A stretch of 64,000 bases of DNA from the human T2T-CHM13v2.0 reference genome, Homo sapiens: the NCBI RefSeq assembly GCF_009914755.1, contig NC_060930.1. One strand, 5' to 3'. The position numbers and the translations under genes are program-made. Shown here in pieces: positions 52,668 to 64,000 of the stretch; the stretch's first letter is position 1, and each line of letters opens with the position of its first letter. The notes under the pieces were generated by a model. The model had not been told where the DNA came from. It did not search any database and saw only the letters and a program-made list of their open reading frames with translations.

Positions 52668-55263
52668 AACTTCTCGAATCAAGGAAGTAGATAGAAGGTT
52701 ATTAGAGTATCATTTTGTTACTATTGAGCATGACAGTAATGACTAGTTATAATGCATAAGTAACTTAGAGTGTGAATTTAATAATCTAATATTTGCCACC
52801 TTAATTATGGTATGTAATTCAAAATTATCCAATTATTAAGCAATAAAACTGGGTCTTGAAGTGATGAAGACAAGTAGGAATGGTTGAAGTTGTCCAAAAC
52901 ATTTTATGTTATCTTTAGTTATGATTCTCTGCTCTTCATTTTTATAAAGCCATTAATATTTTTGTTGCAGTCTATGTATCAATTTAGTCTTAGGTTAGTG
53001 AGGAAAGACTTAAAAGAGAGTAGATTTAATTCTTCTAGTGTTTATTCTGCTATTGTATTAACTCACATAATTTTAGAGAGTGTTTAGTTTTCAAAATTTG
53101 AGTTATAAGTTTATGGTAAGTGGTGACTATAACTTTAGGGGTATATTTTCAAAATAGTTTGTATACCAATTGAAGTAGCATTTGATTATTGAAATTTAAA
53201 GAACGATTATTATTTATGTTGGAAAAGCATCAAGAAAAAAATTAGAATACAAGGTAATACCTCATTCCAGAGATCACACTTGTAAACCAAAGTTCCCTGG
53301 GAAAAGAATTCAAAGAATCACAACCTACGTTGCTTATGCAAAACAATGCGTTAATTTTCGACCAGTGATTTATCTTGATGTAAGTTACATCAGATTTCAT
53401 AATACAAATAGCTCTTTCAAATGCTGTATCATTAATAAGGAATTTTACTAACGAAATTATCTACTTCAGAAGACTAAAAAAAGAAGTGGAAAATGGAAGA
53501 TTTTGACTGTAAATGTTCAGAGATTCGTGAGAATACTTGGCGCCCATTTGTCCCATTGTACTTAGTTGTTTCTTTTCGATAGCAAATCTCTTGCCCCATT
53601 GCTACATTTTCACATCACAAATCTCTTACATTTGTCTGGAAGCTGTCAACCTCCTATCCAAAAGAACATTATCATGTTTTCTTTTTACCACCTAATTATT
53701 ATTCTGTTAGACAATGTATTTACTCCAAAGTGGTTTGGCATAATTGATTAGGTTGTTCTATGTCAGGACAAGCACAGATGCGGGGCCAGTGGAGTCTGTT
53801 AAACTTGGAGACAGGGCTGAGACAAAGGCCTCGCTCCAGTCTCCAGGAGGCAAGAGGCTGCCAGTGCTTCTGTGCTGGCAAGACAAAACCTTCTTGTGGT
53901 GGGTGGTCCATGGGGAGGTAATTGGAGATCTGCAGTATGTCCACTACAATCAACAAAAGGGTACAATAGCTGTTCTGTAGGGAATCTGGGGAAAAGAATT
54001 TGTTTAAATAAAATTGCAAGCTTGTCAGAGTGGGAAAGCCATTCTCAAATGATCTGTGCATCGTCTAAGGGAATGCAGATTGGGAATCATTTAGTCTCAG
54101 GCGAAAGCACTGATGATACAAAGAAAAGTTTAACTTAAACAGTGTAATAGAGAATGAAACCCATGCATTATTACTGTCGGTATGTTAGTGGCATACAACA
54201 AACTCTTCTAGGGGATACTTCCAAGTGGAAATGTTTACAAATGGGAAGTTTGATTCTTAGGCTGTGCCCCCAACACAAAAATGAGATGGTCAAACTGTTC
54301 TTAGCTATTTATTTATTTTATATTGCAATGCTGAATCTGAGTATTAAGTATAGGAAGCACCCGTTATAAGGAGTGGTTACGGAATAAAATTGCCAGTGGT
54401 ATTTAGTAAAGTTTTATTAATAAACTAAGTAGAGTGTGGCTCTGTCGATTATTCCTGAGTGTGATTTACCAACAACATGGTACTATAGACATGGAAATTA
54501 TTAGAGGCCCCTGGGCTCAATCCCCTAAAGAAATTAAGTCATGGCTAAACCAAATTAAGTCTTGAGAACATAAGAATGTAAATCATGGCCCAGGGCAAAG
54601 CCCTCCAAGTCATTAGGTTAATGGTGCTCACTGTCACCCAGTGATTCTTCACTTGCATGTTATGAAGAACAGGAAAGGCCACCGAAAGCATGATGGATAA
54701 GAACAGAAGTTTGTGGAAAGGAAACGATTTTTTCTAAGACAGCAGAGTCAATGCCTTAACCTAAAACCCTTTCCTTTTATATTCTTTTCTTTCCTTTCCA
54801 TTTTGTTCTAGTGTTTGCAGAGTGTTTATAGTTTCGTGGGAGAGCAGGACCATTTCCCATTGTGTGTGTTATTTAAGCCTGCAATGAAAAAAAGGAACTA
54901 AAAGTAAAGAAAAAATTGGAACAAGCAAAGGAAACTTTTTCATATTCCCTCTCTATCTCTAATTTCTGTGGATACACCAAGTCTTGTTTTGAAAAACATA
55001 CCTAAAGAAAAACATTCTCTATTTTGCTTTGAAGTTAGGTGGTCTTCCTATAGGTAGTGTAAATAGGATGCTGTAAACTCATGCCAGCCTAGTGGGTCCT
55101 AGGAGTCTTTGTTCTGGATGCAATTACATGATCAGGTTGCTTTCCCCAAGCCAACATGTTGATCCCCATAAGAAATAATGTAACTAGGAAAAACAAATAG
55201 CTGTGCAAACACCTAAATGTAAAGGAGCTTAGGAAAAGTTCATAGAGTAGAAAAGTTGCTATC

Positions 55264-55852
55264 TTTCTTTCTTTTTTTTAATTATACTTTAAGTTCTAGG
55301 GTACAGGTGCACAACGTGCAAGTTTGTTACATAGGTATACATGTGCCATGTTGGTTTGCTGCACCCAGCAACTCGTCATTTGCATTAGGTATTTCTCCTA
55401 ATGCTATCCCTCCCCCAGTCCCCCACCCCCTGATAGGCCCCGGTGTGTGATGTTCCCTGCCCTGCATCCATGTGTTCTCATTGTTCAACTCCCACCTACG
55501 AATGAGAACACGCAGTGTTTGGTTTTCTGTCCTTGTGATAGTTTGCTTAGAATGATGGTTTCCAGCTTCATCCATGTCCCTGCCAAGGACATGAACTCGT
55601 ACTTTTTTACGGCTGCATAGAATTCCATGGTGTTTATGTGCCACATTTTCTTAATCCAGTCTATCATTGATGGACATTTGGGTTGGTTCCAAGTCTTTGC
55701 TATTGTGAATAGTGCCGCAATAAACATGTGTGTGCATGTGTCTTTATAGTAGCATGATTTATAATCCTTTGGGTATATATCCAGTAATGGAATCACTGGG
55801 TCAAATGGTATTTCTAGTTCTAGATCCTTGAGGAATCACCACACTGTCTTCC
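55264..55852 (-). mobile_element. L1PA (about L1PA6) 5'-truncated insertion
   Basis: L1PA 3' UTR plus the ORF2 C-terminus (ORF 55485-55796: MFIAALFTIAKTWNQPKCPSMIDWIKKMW); TSD AAAAGTTGnnnTCTTTCT at 55251-55268 and 55853-55870. Confidence 0.95.
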
Positions 55853-58019
55853 AAAAGTTGTCGTCTTTCTAATATTGATTAGAAACTTGTTCAGAACAAC
55901 TTTCTTTACCCACAGATCCCTTCTGTTAAAAGAACAAGTGATGCAGAAAGGTCTATGGCGTCCTTTACTTGTGATCTACATTAACACTTCTCTTCTAGGA
56001 CCGAATGTCCCCTGAGCAGAACAGGACAGCTGCCTTAAATTGTGAACAAAAGCTGCTCATTAAGCTGGTGGGTTCTCGGTGAACTGTCAGTAAACATTTT
56101 AAGAAACCATTAACCTCACATTTGATTTCAATAGAGAATTGACTTTTAGAATTGTTGCAGACACTTTTCTATTGATCACAAAGGGATGCATTTTGTTACA
56201 AGCGGAAAAGAGAAAAACCTCCCTCAGCCCAGACCCTCATATCTTGCTCTCTGGGATGAACATTTAATGGATGTTATGTATTGACTATTAATATTAGGAA
56301 ATAGAGAATAAAATAAACAATTTAACAAAGCCAACAATGATGGCTTCTTCTGATTATAGGAAACCACTTAGATACCAAATGAATATGGAAAATTAAAGAA
56401 AATATGACGTGGTATTTACATTTAAAATATATTTTAATGTTTTAGTGATTCAAATTTCAAATCCCAAATGAAGTAATGAAAAAAATAATGTTAAATTTGT
56501 GACTGAATTCAAAAGTGGCATGTAGCTTCAGTTTGAGTAAGAACATGATAATGAGCTATTTGCAAAATCATGTTATTCTGAATCTCCAAACTTGTTCAGT
56601 ATAAATTGATGTTACTTATAGATTTTAATTCATAGAATAAGGAAATGGCCTGAAAATTAACATCACAGTTTTTCTAGCCTCTATTCCATTTATATTCCTT
56701 TAGGAAAGTAAATCTAGATACAGTTTTCTGTTTGTAGTTTTGGAATGTTAACTTTTACTTTTACTCTATAACTTCATGTACAGTAATCTTCCTACACTGC
56801 ACGTTATAGTTTGTATTTTAGGCAGCATTCTATGATGAATAAGAATGATTTGCTTTCCTTAGAGAATAACACTTCCCACAGAGGCCCATGTGCCACGGCA
56901 AGATAACATTTTCCAGGGGCAGACTTTCAAAGTGTAAAGCTCTAGGCAAAGTTGCCTTGGAGTCCCCTTGAGATCTTGGGGAGAGAGATAACTCACACGA
57001 GGGGAGATGCCCCTTCAGCCAGGCAAGATGCCAGCATGGACAAGAGAGAAGCACATCATCTCCCGTGGGTCTAAACACAGAGCTGCTGGAGTGGGAGGCT
57101 CCAGACAGCCATCAATGTCTCAGGTCCAAATCTGGCAAGGTCCCTGAGCTTTTGGTAAATATTATTGTACTCGCTGTCTTTGTGGCTTTGAGGCACACAT
57201 TTCTGTAAAAGCCATGTAGCTTGAAAACAAGGACTTAAAAGCACACGCTGTCTATGTTGCATCTTCCACTCTGTCTAAGAATGTCTGTGGAACAATAGAG
57301 AGTAGGAGGTCGAGCACCGGAGCGGCATTTGATGTGGCCTTCTGCTGCTAATTACTGGCATGGGGAGCCCTGCTCTCCCAGTTGTGACTCACCAGTGCCC
57401 CTTGATTAAATGCAGACGAGGATTTAGTTACCACAACATGCATCAGCTTTGTTGAACTTCCTCTTGGTCTCACTTCCTGCTTCGGAAATGAATTCTCTCA
57501 ATCCATAGTCATTCTATCAGGCCCATCATAAACTCTTGAGAGAGAGAGAAGGGGTTGTGCTTTGTGATACCCTTGGGGAGCTCAGAGATGGAATTCAGGG
57601 CTGTTTATCCCAAGACCGTGGTCTTGTCAGCACTCAGATTTAACAAGCACGGTGGACCATGGACAATGAAGAAGAGCACAGAAATACATCAGGGTCTACT
57701 TTGATTAAAATTTCACCCCCACCTTGCAGTTTTGAAATGTCTTAGCTTTCATTTATATTTATATGTTGTCTGACTCTACCAGATTCATTGTCTACAACTA
57801 GATCCTGATGTTCTGTGTGGTTCACAGGGACGGAGACACATTTGCCTCGATCAAAACAGACAAGAGTCTCAGTATGTCTGGGTTGCATAATTGAATGAAT
57901 TCTTTCTCATACTGTGCCTCTCTGATTTTCTTTAAAATGGTGAGACTTCATTTTCCTTAAAAAATGTCATGAGGAGTTAGCAGTTCAAGAATATCTGCTT
58001 TAGGGTTGCCTTCTGCCAT

Positions 58020-58230
58020 CAAATCATAGAATTAAGAGTCAAAAGGCAACCTGCAAGTCTTCTGTTTAATTTCCTTCCAAATGATAAAATACCTTCTAGA
58101 GCAGGTGATACTCAGCAATGGCTCTCATGGTTGGAAAGCTGCTTATTTTATGGAATTTAAGTCTACTTCCTTGTAACTTCTACTCATTGGTTCTAGTTCT
58201 GTCTCCTGGTGAAAGGGCAAAAACAACAAC
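58020..58230. mobile_element. L3/CR1-like fragment
   Basis: TCTACTTCCTTGTAACTTCTACTCATTGGTTCTAGTTCTG. Confidence 0.5.
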
Positions 58231-58659
58231 GCACCAAAAACAACAACAAATAAGATCTCAGATAGTACTCTGTTTTTCTTCACCAAACTAGAGAAGACAC
58301 TAGCAGGATGTTCCTGGAATGTCCTTCTGTTCGTTAGTGTGGGAGCAGATGAGAGATAACTTCTTTCCTCAGGACACACAACATGTCGTAGTAGTTGTAG
58401 TCCTGATGTTCCACCCCCATCAGTACTCCCTGTAGAGGGGAAGAGCATGCACAACTTACTAGCCACTGACTTCCAATAACAGAACTTCCCACAAACCATA
58501 ACACTTTAAGAAATAGGAAGTTTTAGGTAGTATATTAAGATGTCTATCACTTTTTTACTCAGCCGGAATAATGCTATTTTTCTGTTGAGACAAATAGAAT
58601 GTTGACGTGGTAACCTTTCAGTTTCTTCAGGCAGCCGTTGTCTACACCTTTTTGACTTT

Positions 58660-58850
58660 TAGTTTGGGAACCAGGTAACCTGAATTCAAACCCTGATTCT
58701 GTCATTCAGTTATGTAAACACAAGCAAGTAAATTCACCTCTCTGAAATTTAGTGTTTATCAGTAAAGTGGAAAAAACACTTAACTACAGTATTAAAAGAG
58801 AATTCCATAAGGTAACTAGCAGACAGTGCTCAGTATCACATTTGGCATTA
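58660..58850 (+). mobile_element. MIR
   Basis: ACCTGAATTCAAACCCTGATTCTGTCA...GCAAGTAAATTCACCTCTCTGA. Confidence 0.75.
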
Positions 58851-59312
58851 TTTCATATTCATTCAATTCAATCCTATGCTAATATAGCTGAAATGTCCTC
58901 ATGCCGGACTGTTTGTAATGAGTAGAAGAATAATCCTACATAAAGCTCCCTACGTCTCTGTTCAATTTAATTCAATTTGACCAAGATGTATTGAGCAGCT
59001 ACTACATGCAAGGCTCACCGACATAGTGATGCCAACATGAGCTACATTTTATTGAGTACTTACTCTGCTTCAGGAACTCGCTAAGAGTTTCATTACCTTA
59101 TATACTTTGATTCTTACAACAACATGAGAGAGGGGTGTTGTTCAAGATGTTTCACAAGTAGCATAGTTCTGCCCGTAGTACATTGCCTGTATGGGAAGCT
59201 CAAAGGGCCTATTTTACAGAAGAGAAAATTAAGGATTTGAGATATTAAAGGAGCTCATCTTTGCTATAGCAAGTGGCCAAACTTTTAGGGCTGTTTCATG
59301 AGACTGTAATTC

Positions 59313-60336
59313 ATGGGCTACCATTGTGAATCAAGGTAAGTCCTTCCCATCGCTGTGGCTCTCAGTTCTAATTCTCTTGTTTGGGGTTCTGTTATATAGC
59401 AAGTGAATACAGTTTTCATAAGTCAGTGCATCCAGAAAGCTTTGTTTCAGATGTTCCAAGCCACTGGTTTCTCAGTCAGAAATATTTATTGCCTCTTTTC
59501 ATTGCCATTAAAGGTTCAAGCTCAGAATGCTTTCTAACACCTGTTAATATTAATACAATTTCAGTAGTAGCATTAAGGAATGCCAGTTCTGGGTTGTGGG
59601 GGTCCCTAGGCCCACACCAGCAATGCTCTCGTCTTCCTGCAGAGGTTCTGCCAGTGCCTCAAGAATGTCCTCAGAGTTCTGTCCATTCTTCTTCTGCTCA
59701 GACGTTTTGTCTGAAAGTATTTTCCCAGGCCAGAGCTGGACTCTGTATAGAGTACAGAGGAAGGGCCAAGGTATGACTTTACTCCCACCACTTATATCTG
59801 AGAGCACAGGCACAGAGGGCAGTTTGTCACAAATCTGAGTGTGCCCGAGCTACATTCATGAATAATAAATAGGCTTCATATTGCCTCACATTCCCATTCC
59901 CATCCCAAGTATGAGGCTGGCTTTGTTGACTGCAAATGAAAACTGCTTATTTATAGGGAGGAAGATGGGAGTGGAAGGGCAGATTTTAGCGGGTTGGAAA
60001 TCATATTAATAAATAAGCTGAGAAATATTTGACTTGGGTAAATGCTCAGGTAGAATTTGAACATTGAGAATCATGCATTCATCTGTGTGTAAGAAATAAG
60101 AGTCAAGGATAATCCTATAGCTTAATCCCCCAAAATATGATCCACAGAGCATCCTGTGTATTTCAGAATGCAACAGGAATGTGTGCGTATGCTCTTGGAT
60201 TTCGACGAATGACTTCGAGCCCTGGGATCTGTTGCCTTGTGAACTTTTGCAGCCTGTCAAACCACAGTCTAGTAGTAAGAGAAACCGTCCTCTGCCTGGT
60301 CCAAAGATGCCAATGTGGATAGTTTGTCGTCCTTGA
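59313..60336 (+). other. Candidate spliced transcript segment (predicted exons ending 59335, 59643-59770 and starting 60167) with a 106-aa ORF
   Basis: Donors AAG|GTAAGT and AAG|GTATGA; acceptors CTCTCGTCTTCCTGCAG| and TCCTGTGTATTTCAG|; frame stays open across both junctions; prediction only. Confidence 0.3.
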
Positions 60337-61485
60337 AATGTGGTGTGACCCTCACAGCTACCACGTTTCTGAAGGCATCAGAAAAATCAACCATACTTAA
60401 GAGTTAAAATACCGCACGTATCATACATTTTTAAAAGTCAGAGTAACAAGAGTATATGGAATAAGAAGATGAAGCAATCCACTAATCACCATTTTAATCT
60501 CACTGTCAAGTCAGCTTTATATATATTTTGCCTACATAGTTTCTTAGGAGTAGTGTCTCCTTGTAAATGTGCTGATTGCCTCTTAATTAAGTGATCTTAT
60601 TTATAATACTAAAGAAACTCAGTAGAGACAAAAATGAGAATCACATTTTAAACTATTAGACATAAGGTCAAAAATAAAGGCTTATTGCAAGGCAGCATTA
60701 TCATCATCCAAGTGTCTCTTGCTTACACTGTGTTGTGACAAAGTAAAATCTATTTCAGCTGTTATATGGCAATAGCTGTTATTTATGAAACATAAAAAGA
60801 TACTGAAATACAAAAGGGCTTGAAAAGACCAGGGTAAGATCAGATAAAAACATGAGAAAGAAACAGGCATCCTGGGATGGTAACTACCCTGCCATGTACT
60901 GACAGGAAGGTTGTATATTTTTAGAATATACTGAAAGGAATGGTGCTTTTACTTAGGTTTTTATGGTTTACCACGAGATGCAATTTTCTGGCCTTATATG
61001 CAGTTGTAACAAAAGTCAGAGACGTTTTATGATAGCTGCCACAGTTCATAAATGATGGGATACACTCAAATATTTATAGAACTGTAAAATCTTGATTTCT
61101 CTCTGGTTTAGCAGATGGGGCCCTAAAACCAGTTCCCGGATTGTCACATTTCTTCACCCTTTGATGACAAAAAAGCCTGTTGTCAGTTTTCTTCTCTGGA
61201 GAACAAGTTCACTAGTGTGAACAAGGTCACACTCTCACTCAATTTTCTGTATTTGAATAATGCCAATTAAGAGTGATCTGAGCAGAAGTTATAATTACTC
61301 TGGACATACTTCTTGGCATGAGACTCTAGGTTAGTATAGAAAAGATATCCTCTGATGTACTTTTTACTCATTCCTTTGTCTTCATTTCTGGGAAAATTCA
61401 CTTCTAAACCTGTATCACCCACAGAAATAAGTATCACACCAATATTAAGACTAGTCTATTCAAGTGGCTGAGGGAATTTCTGCTG

Positions 61486-61486
<1 letters not shown>

Positions 61487-61538
<52 letters not shown>

Positions 61539-61551
61539 CGCGCATGTGTAT
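61487..61551. repeat. (TG)21(CG)6 alternating purine-pyrimidine tract
   Basis: Direct reading. Confidence 0.97.
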
Positions 61552-61622
61552 TTTAAAATGTACTGTAAGATAAATTTATTTTTCTGTTAAGGTCACCAAA
61601 TTTGAGCATCCTTTACAATTAA

Positions 61623-61793
<171 letters not shown>

Positions 61794-62355
61794 TCAGAGT
61801 ATTTAAAATTAAAAGGAATGACTGTAAGTTGGATGGTGATGGAGGTAAGAAATCCACATTGATGGATTGATAATGGTATTTTTCTGATTTTAGAAATTCA
61901 ACCAACAAAAGAAACACAAATACTTGTAAAATAGGTGTATATAGTAGTTATTTAGGAAGCATCATAGAAAAGGCAATCTGAATAAAATTTTAAGCCAATA
62001 GATGACAGAGATAAGTAGCTAAATAGATAATCAACTGACTGATAGACTAAAGACATATTTGCGTACATGTGGTTTGTTAGACAGAGTTTGCAAATTTTCT
62101 ATTTTCTCTTGAGGAATGCTACTAAAATTAAGTAGATAAAATATCTAATTAAAATCTATACACTGATGGTGACATTTTTGTTGATAGCAAAAAATGATGT
62201 CTCTCCTAATGCTTCTATTTTTCATTATATGCTTTAAGAAGAAATGCATTTGAAATAAAAATCTTAAATTATATATGCATAGATGAAAATAGTAATAAAA
62301 TGTAGCTTACTCAGTTGTGCTCAATATTAAAGAGAAATATAAAATCTTCAGTTTT

Positions 62356-62422
62356 ACTGAATCAGAATCTCAGAGTGGACAGAGCTGGAGAAATCTGTAA
62401 TTCAACGAACTCCCAGGGTGAT
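62356..62422. mobile_element. MER5A-like hAT fragment
   Basis: ACTGAATCAGAATCTC...AATCTGTAATTCAACGAACTCCCAGGGTGAT. Confidence 0.6.
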
Positions 62423-62974
62423 AAAGATGATTTACTAACTTTGTGAACCAAACCCCTCTCTCGCCCCATGAGCTTGAGGAGACACTAGCATAGCCCACAA
62501 ATTAGATGCAGATATAATCAATATCTTGTTTTAAATCTAGCTTTCCAGGATATTCCTTAATGGGATATTGCATAACTAACTTAATTTACACAACAATTTC
62601 ACCCAGTGCTATTATTTAAGCATAGTTTGAGATAAATGAAGGAGTATGCTTATTACTTCTTTTGGTAAGAAATTACACTGGCTATAATTACATTGAAATA
62701 ATTAAGATAATATTTGGAATACTCTCCTGACCTAGTTGGGTTTGTTTCTGGATGCACACAAGTGTTCTAGTGTTCTACCATCTGTTTGAATTATGCGGGT
62801 GGAGAGCCTATCAGGCTCCTGTACAGTGCCAAGAGTAGCTGGCTTAGTCCACCCTGGATAGCCATGAGTCACTCCCCACCCAAATTCACACTTGCATCAG
62901 GACACGCAGATACATGTAATATAAAAATGCTGTGCTGGCTACACAGACACAGCTTCCATTTAAATCACGTAGCA

Positions 62975-63275
62975 GGCCAGGTCCAGTGGCTCACACCTGT
63001 GATCCCAGCACTTTGGGAGGCTGAGGCAGGCAGATCACCAAGGTCAGGAGATGGAGGCCAGCCTGGCCAACATGGTAAAACCCCATCTCTACTGAAAATA
63101 CAAAAATATTAGGCAGGCATGGTGGTTGGCTCCTGTAATCCCAGATGCCTGGAAGGCTGAGGGAGGAGAATCACTTGAACCTGAAGGCTGAGGTTGCAGT
63201 GAGCTGAAATCACGTCATTGCACTCCAGCCTAGGCGACAAGAGCAAAAAATCCGACTCAATAAATAAATAAATAA
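62975..63275 (+). mobile_element. AluS with (AATA)n tail
   Basis: Full dimer; degenerate TSD TAAATCACGTAGCA / TAATTCATGTGGCA. Confidence 0.93.
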
Positions 63276-63483
63276 TTCATGTGGCACCCCTCTAACCAGG
63301 TTGCTGCCTCCACATTTACTTTACTTCTTACCCTTCTCATTATTGCCTCTGGTTCTCTGTGGAGATTATTGTAAGCTTTTCTCCATTTTTTACAGAATTT
63401 TTTTGTACATGGCATACAGAATCGTATCAGTGATAGGGGATTTTTATAGAGGTACCTAAGAAATAGCAATATACGTCAATCTG

Positions 63484-63630
63484 ATTCAAATCAAATTCAG
63501 TTGAATTCAGTTTAGTAAGTATTTATCGAGCCCTTGCTATGTGCTGGGTTCTGGGCTCGCTACTGAGGGTGTAAAGAAATGGGAGAGAAGGTTCTTACCT
63601 TCATGGAGCTTTAGCTTAAATTTCTAGGAT
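63484..63630 (-). mobile_element. L2 3' fragment
   Basis: AAGTATTTATCGAGCCCTTGCTATGTGCTGGG. Confidence 0.65.
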
Positions 63631-64000
63631 ACAGGTGAGGCGTGGATGGGTCATATCTGAATAAAAATAATCCTTAACTGAAAGAGAATATGACATCTTC
63701 TGTAATGGTGATTTCTCTTCAGTGCTTTTGCAGAGGAGATAGTGATTTTAACCACAGAAAGCTATGTGAAGGAACAAATACAGGAGTGGTTTCAAACCAA
63801 AGGTATAAAGTAAAAAAGAGTTATAGGATTAGGAGAATACAAGGTGAGCCTTGGGACTACTCAAACCTCTGTTCTGGATAGAACATGGCTTATTTTTTAG
63901 TGTGGATGACAGTGGAATTAAGTTCACAGCATAATGCAAATTCCATTGATCCACATTATTCAAGGATTCTATATTTGCAAATTCACCTAGTCCCAAATAT

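Noticed and set aside
55327-55796. 103-105 aa ORFs
   Set aside because: L1 ORF2 C-terminus and 3' UTR of a truncated L1PA, not a host gene.
57640-57670. REST/RE1-like ACCATGGACA
   Set aside because: Only a partial match; both the CAGC left core and the GCGCC right end are missing.

Overview
Primate (very likely human) AT-rich, non-coding genomic DNA, either an intron or a gene desert. I see no CpG island, no recognisable protein-coding exon, no RNA gene and no prokaryote-type system. Much of the window is transposon debris: seven dimeric Alus plus one monomer, a 5'-truncated L1PA, long decayed L1M blocks, L2/MIR/L3 fragments, MaLR/ERVL/ERV1 solo LTRs and Tigger DNA transposons. Microsatellites and several repeat-free, enhancer-like blocks fill the rest. 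Nearly all listed ORFs are repeat or low-complexity artefacts. The most interesting signals are: (1) three separate scars where DNA from 1-2.7 kb downstream was copied upstream, two of them beside palindromic AT/CA microsatellites; (2) a compact three-exon splice-site cluster at 59.3-60.3 kb that joins into one 106-aa ORF missed by the six-frame track; (3) a perfect ER6 nuclear-receptor element inside a repeat-free block. Repeat subfamily names are by-eye calls, and I could not identify the locus.
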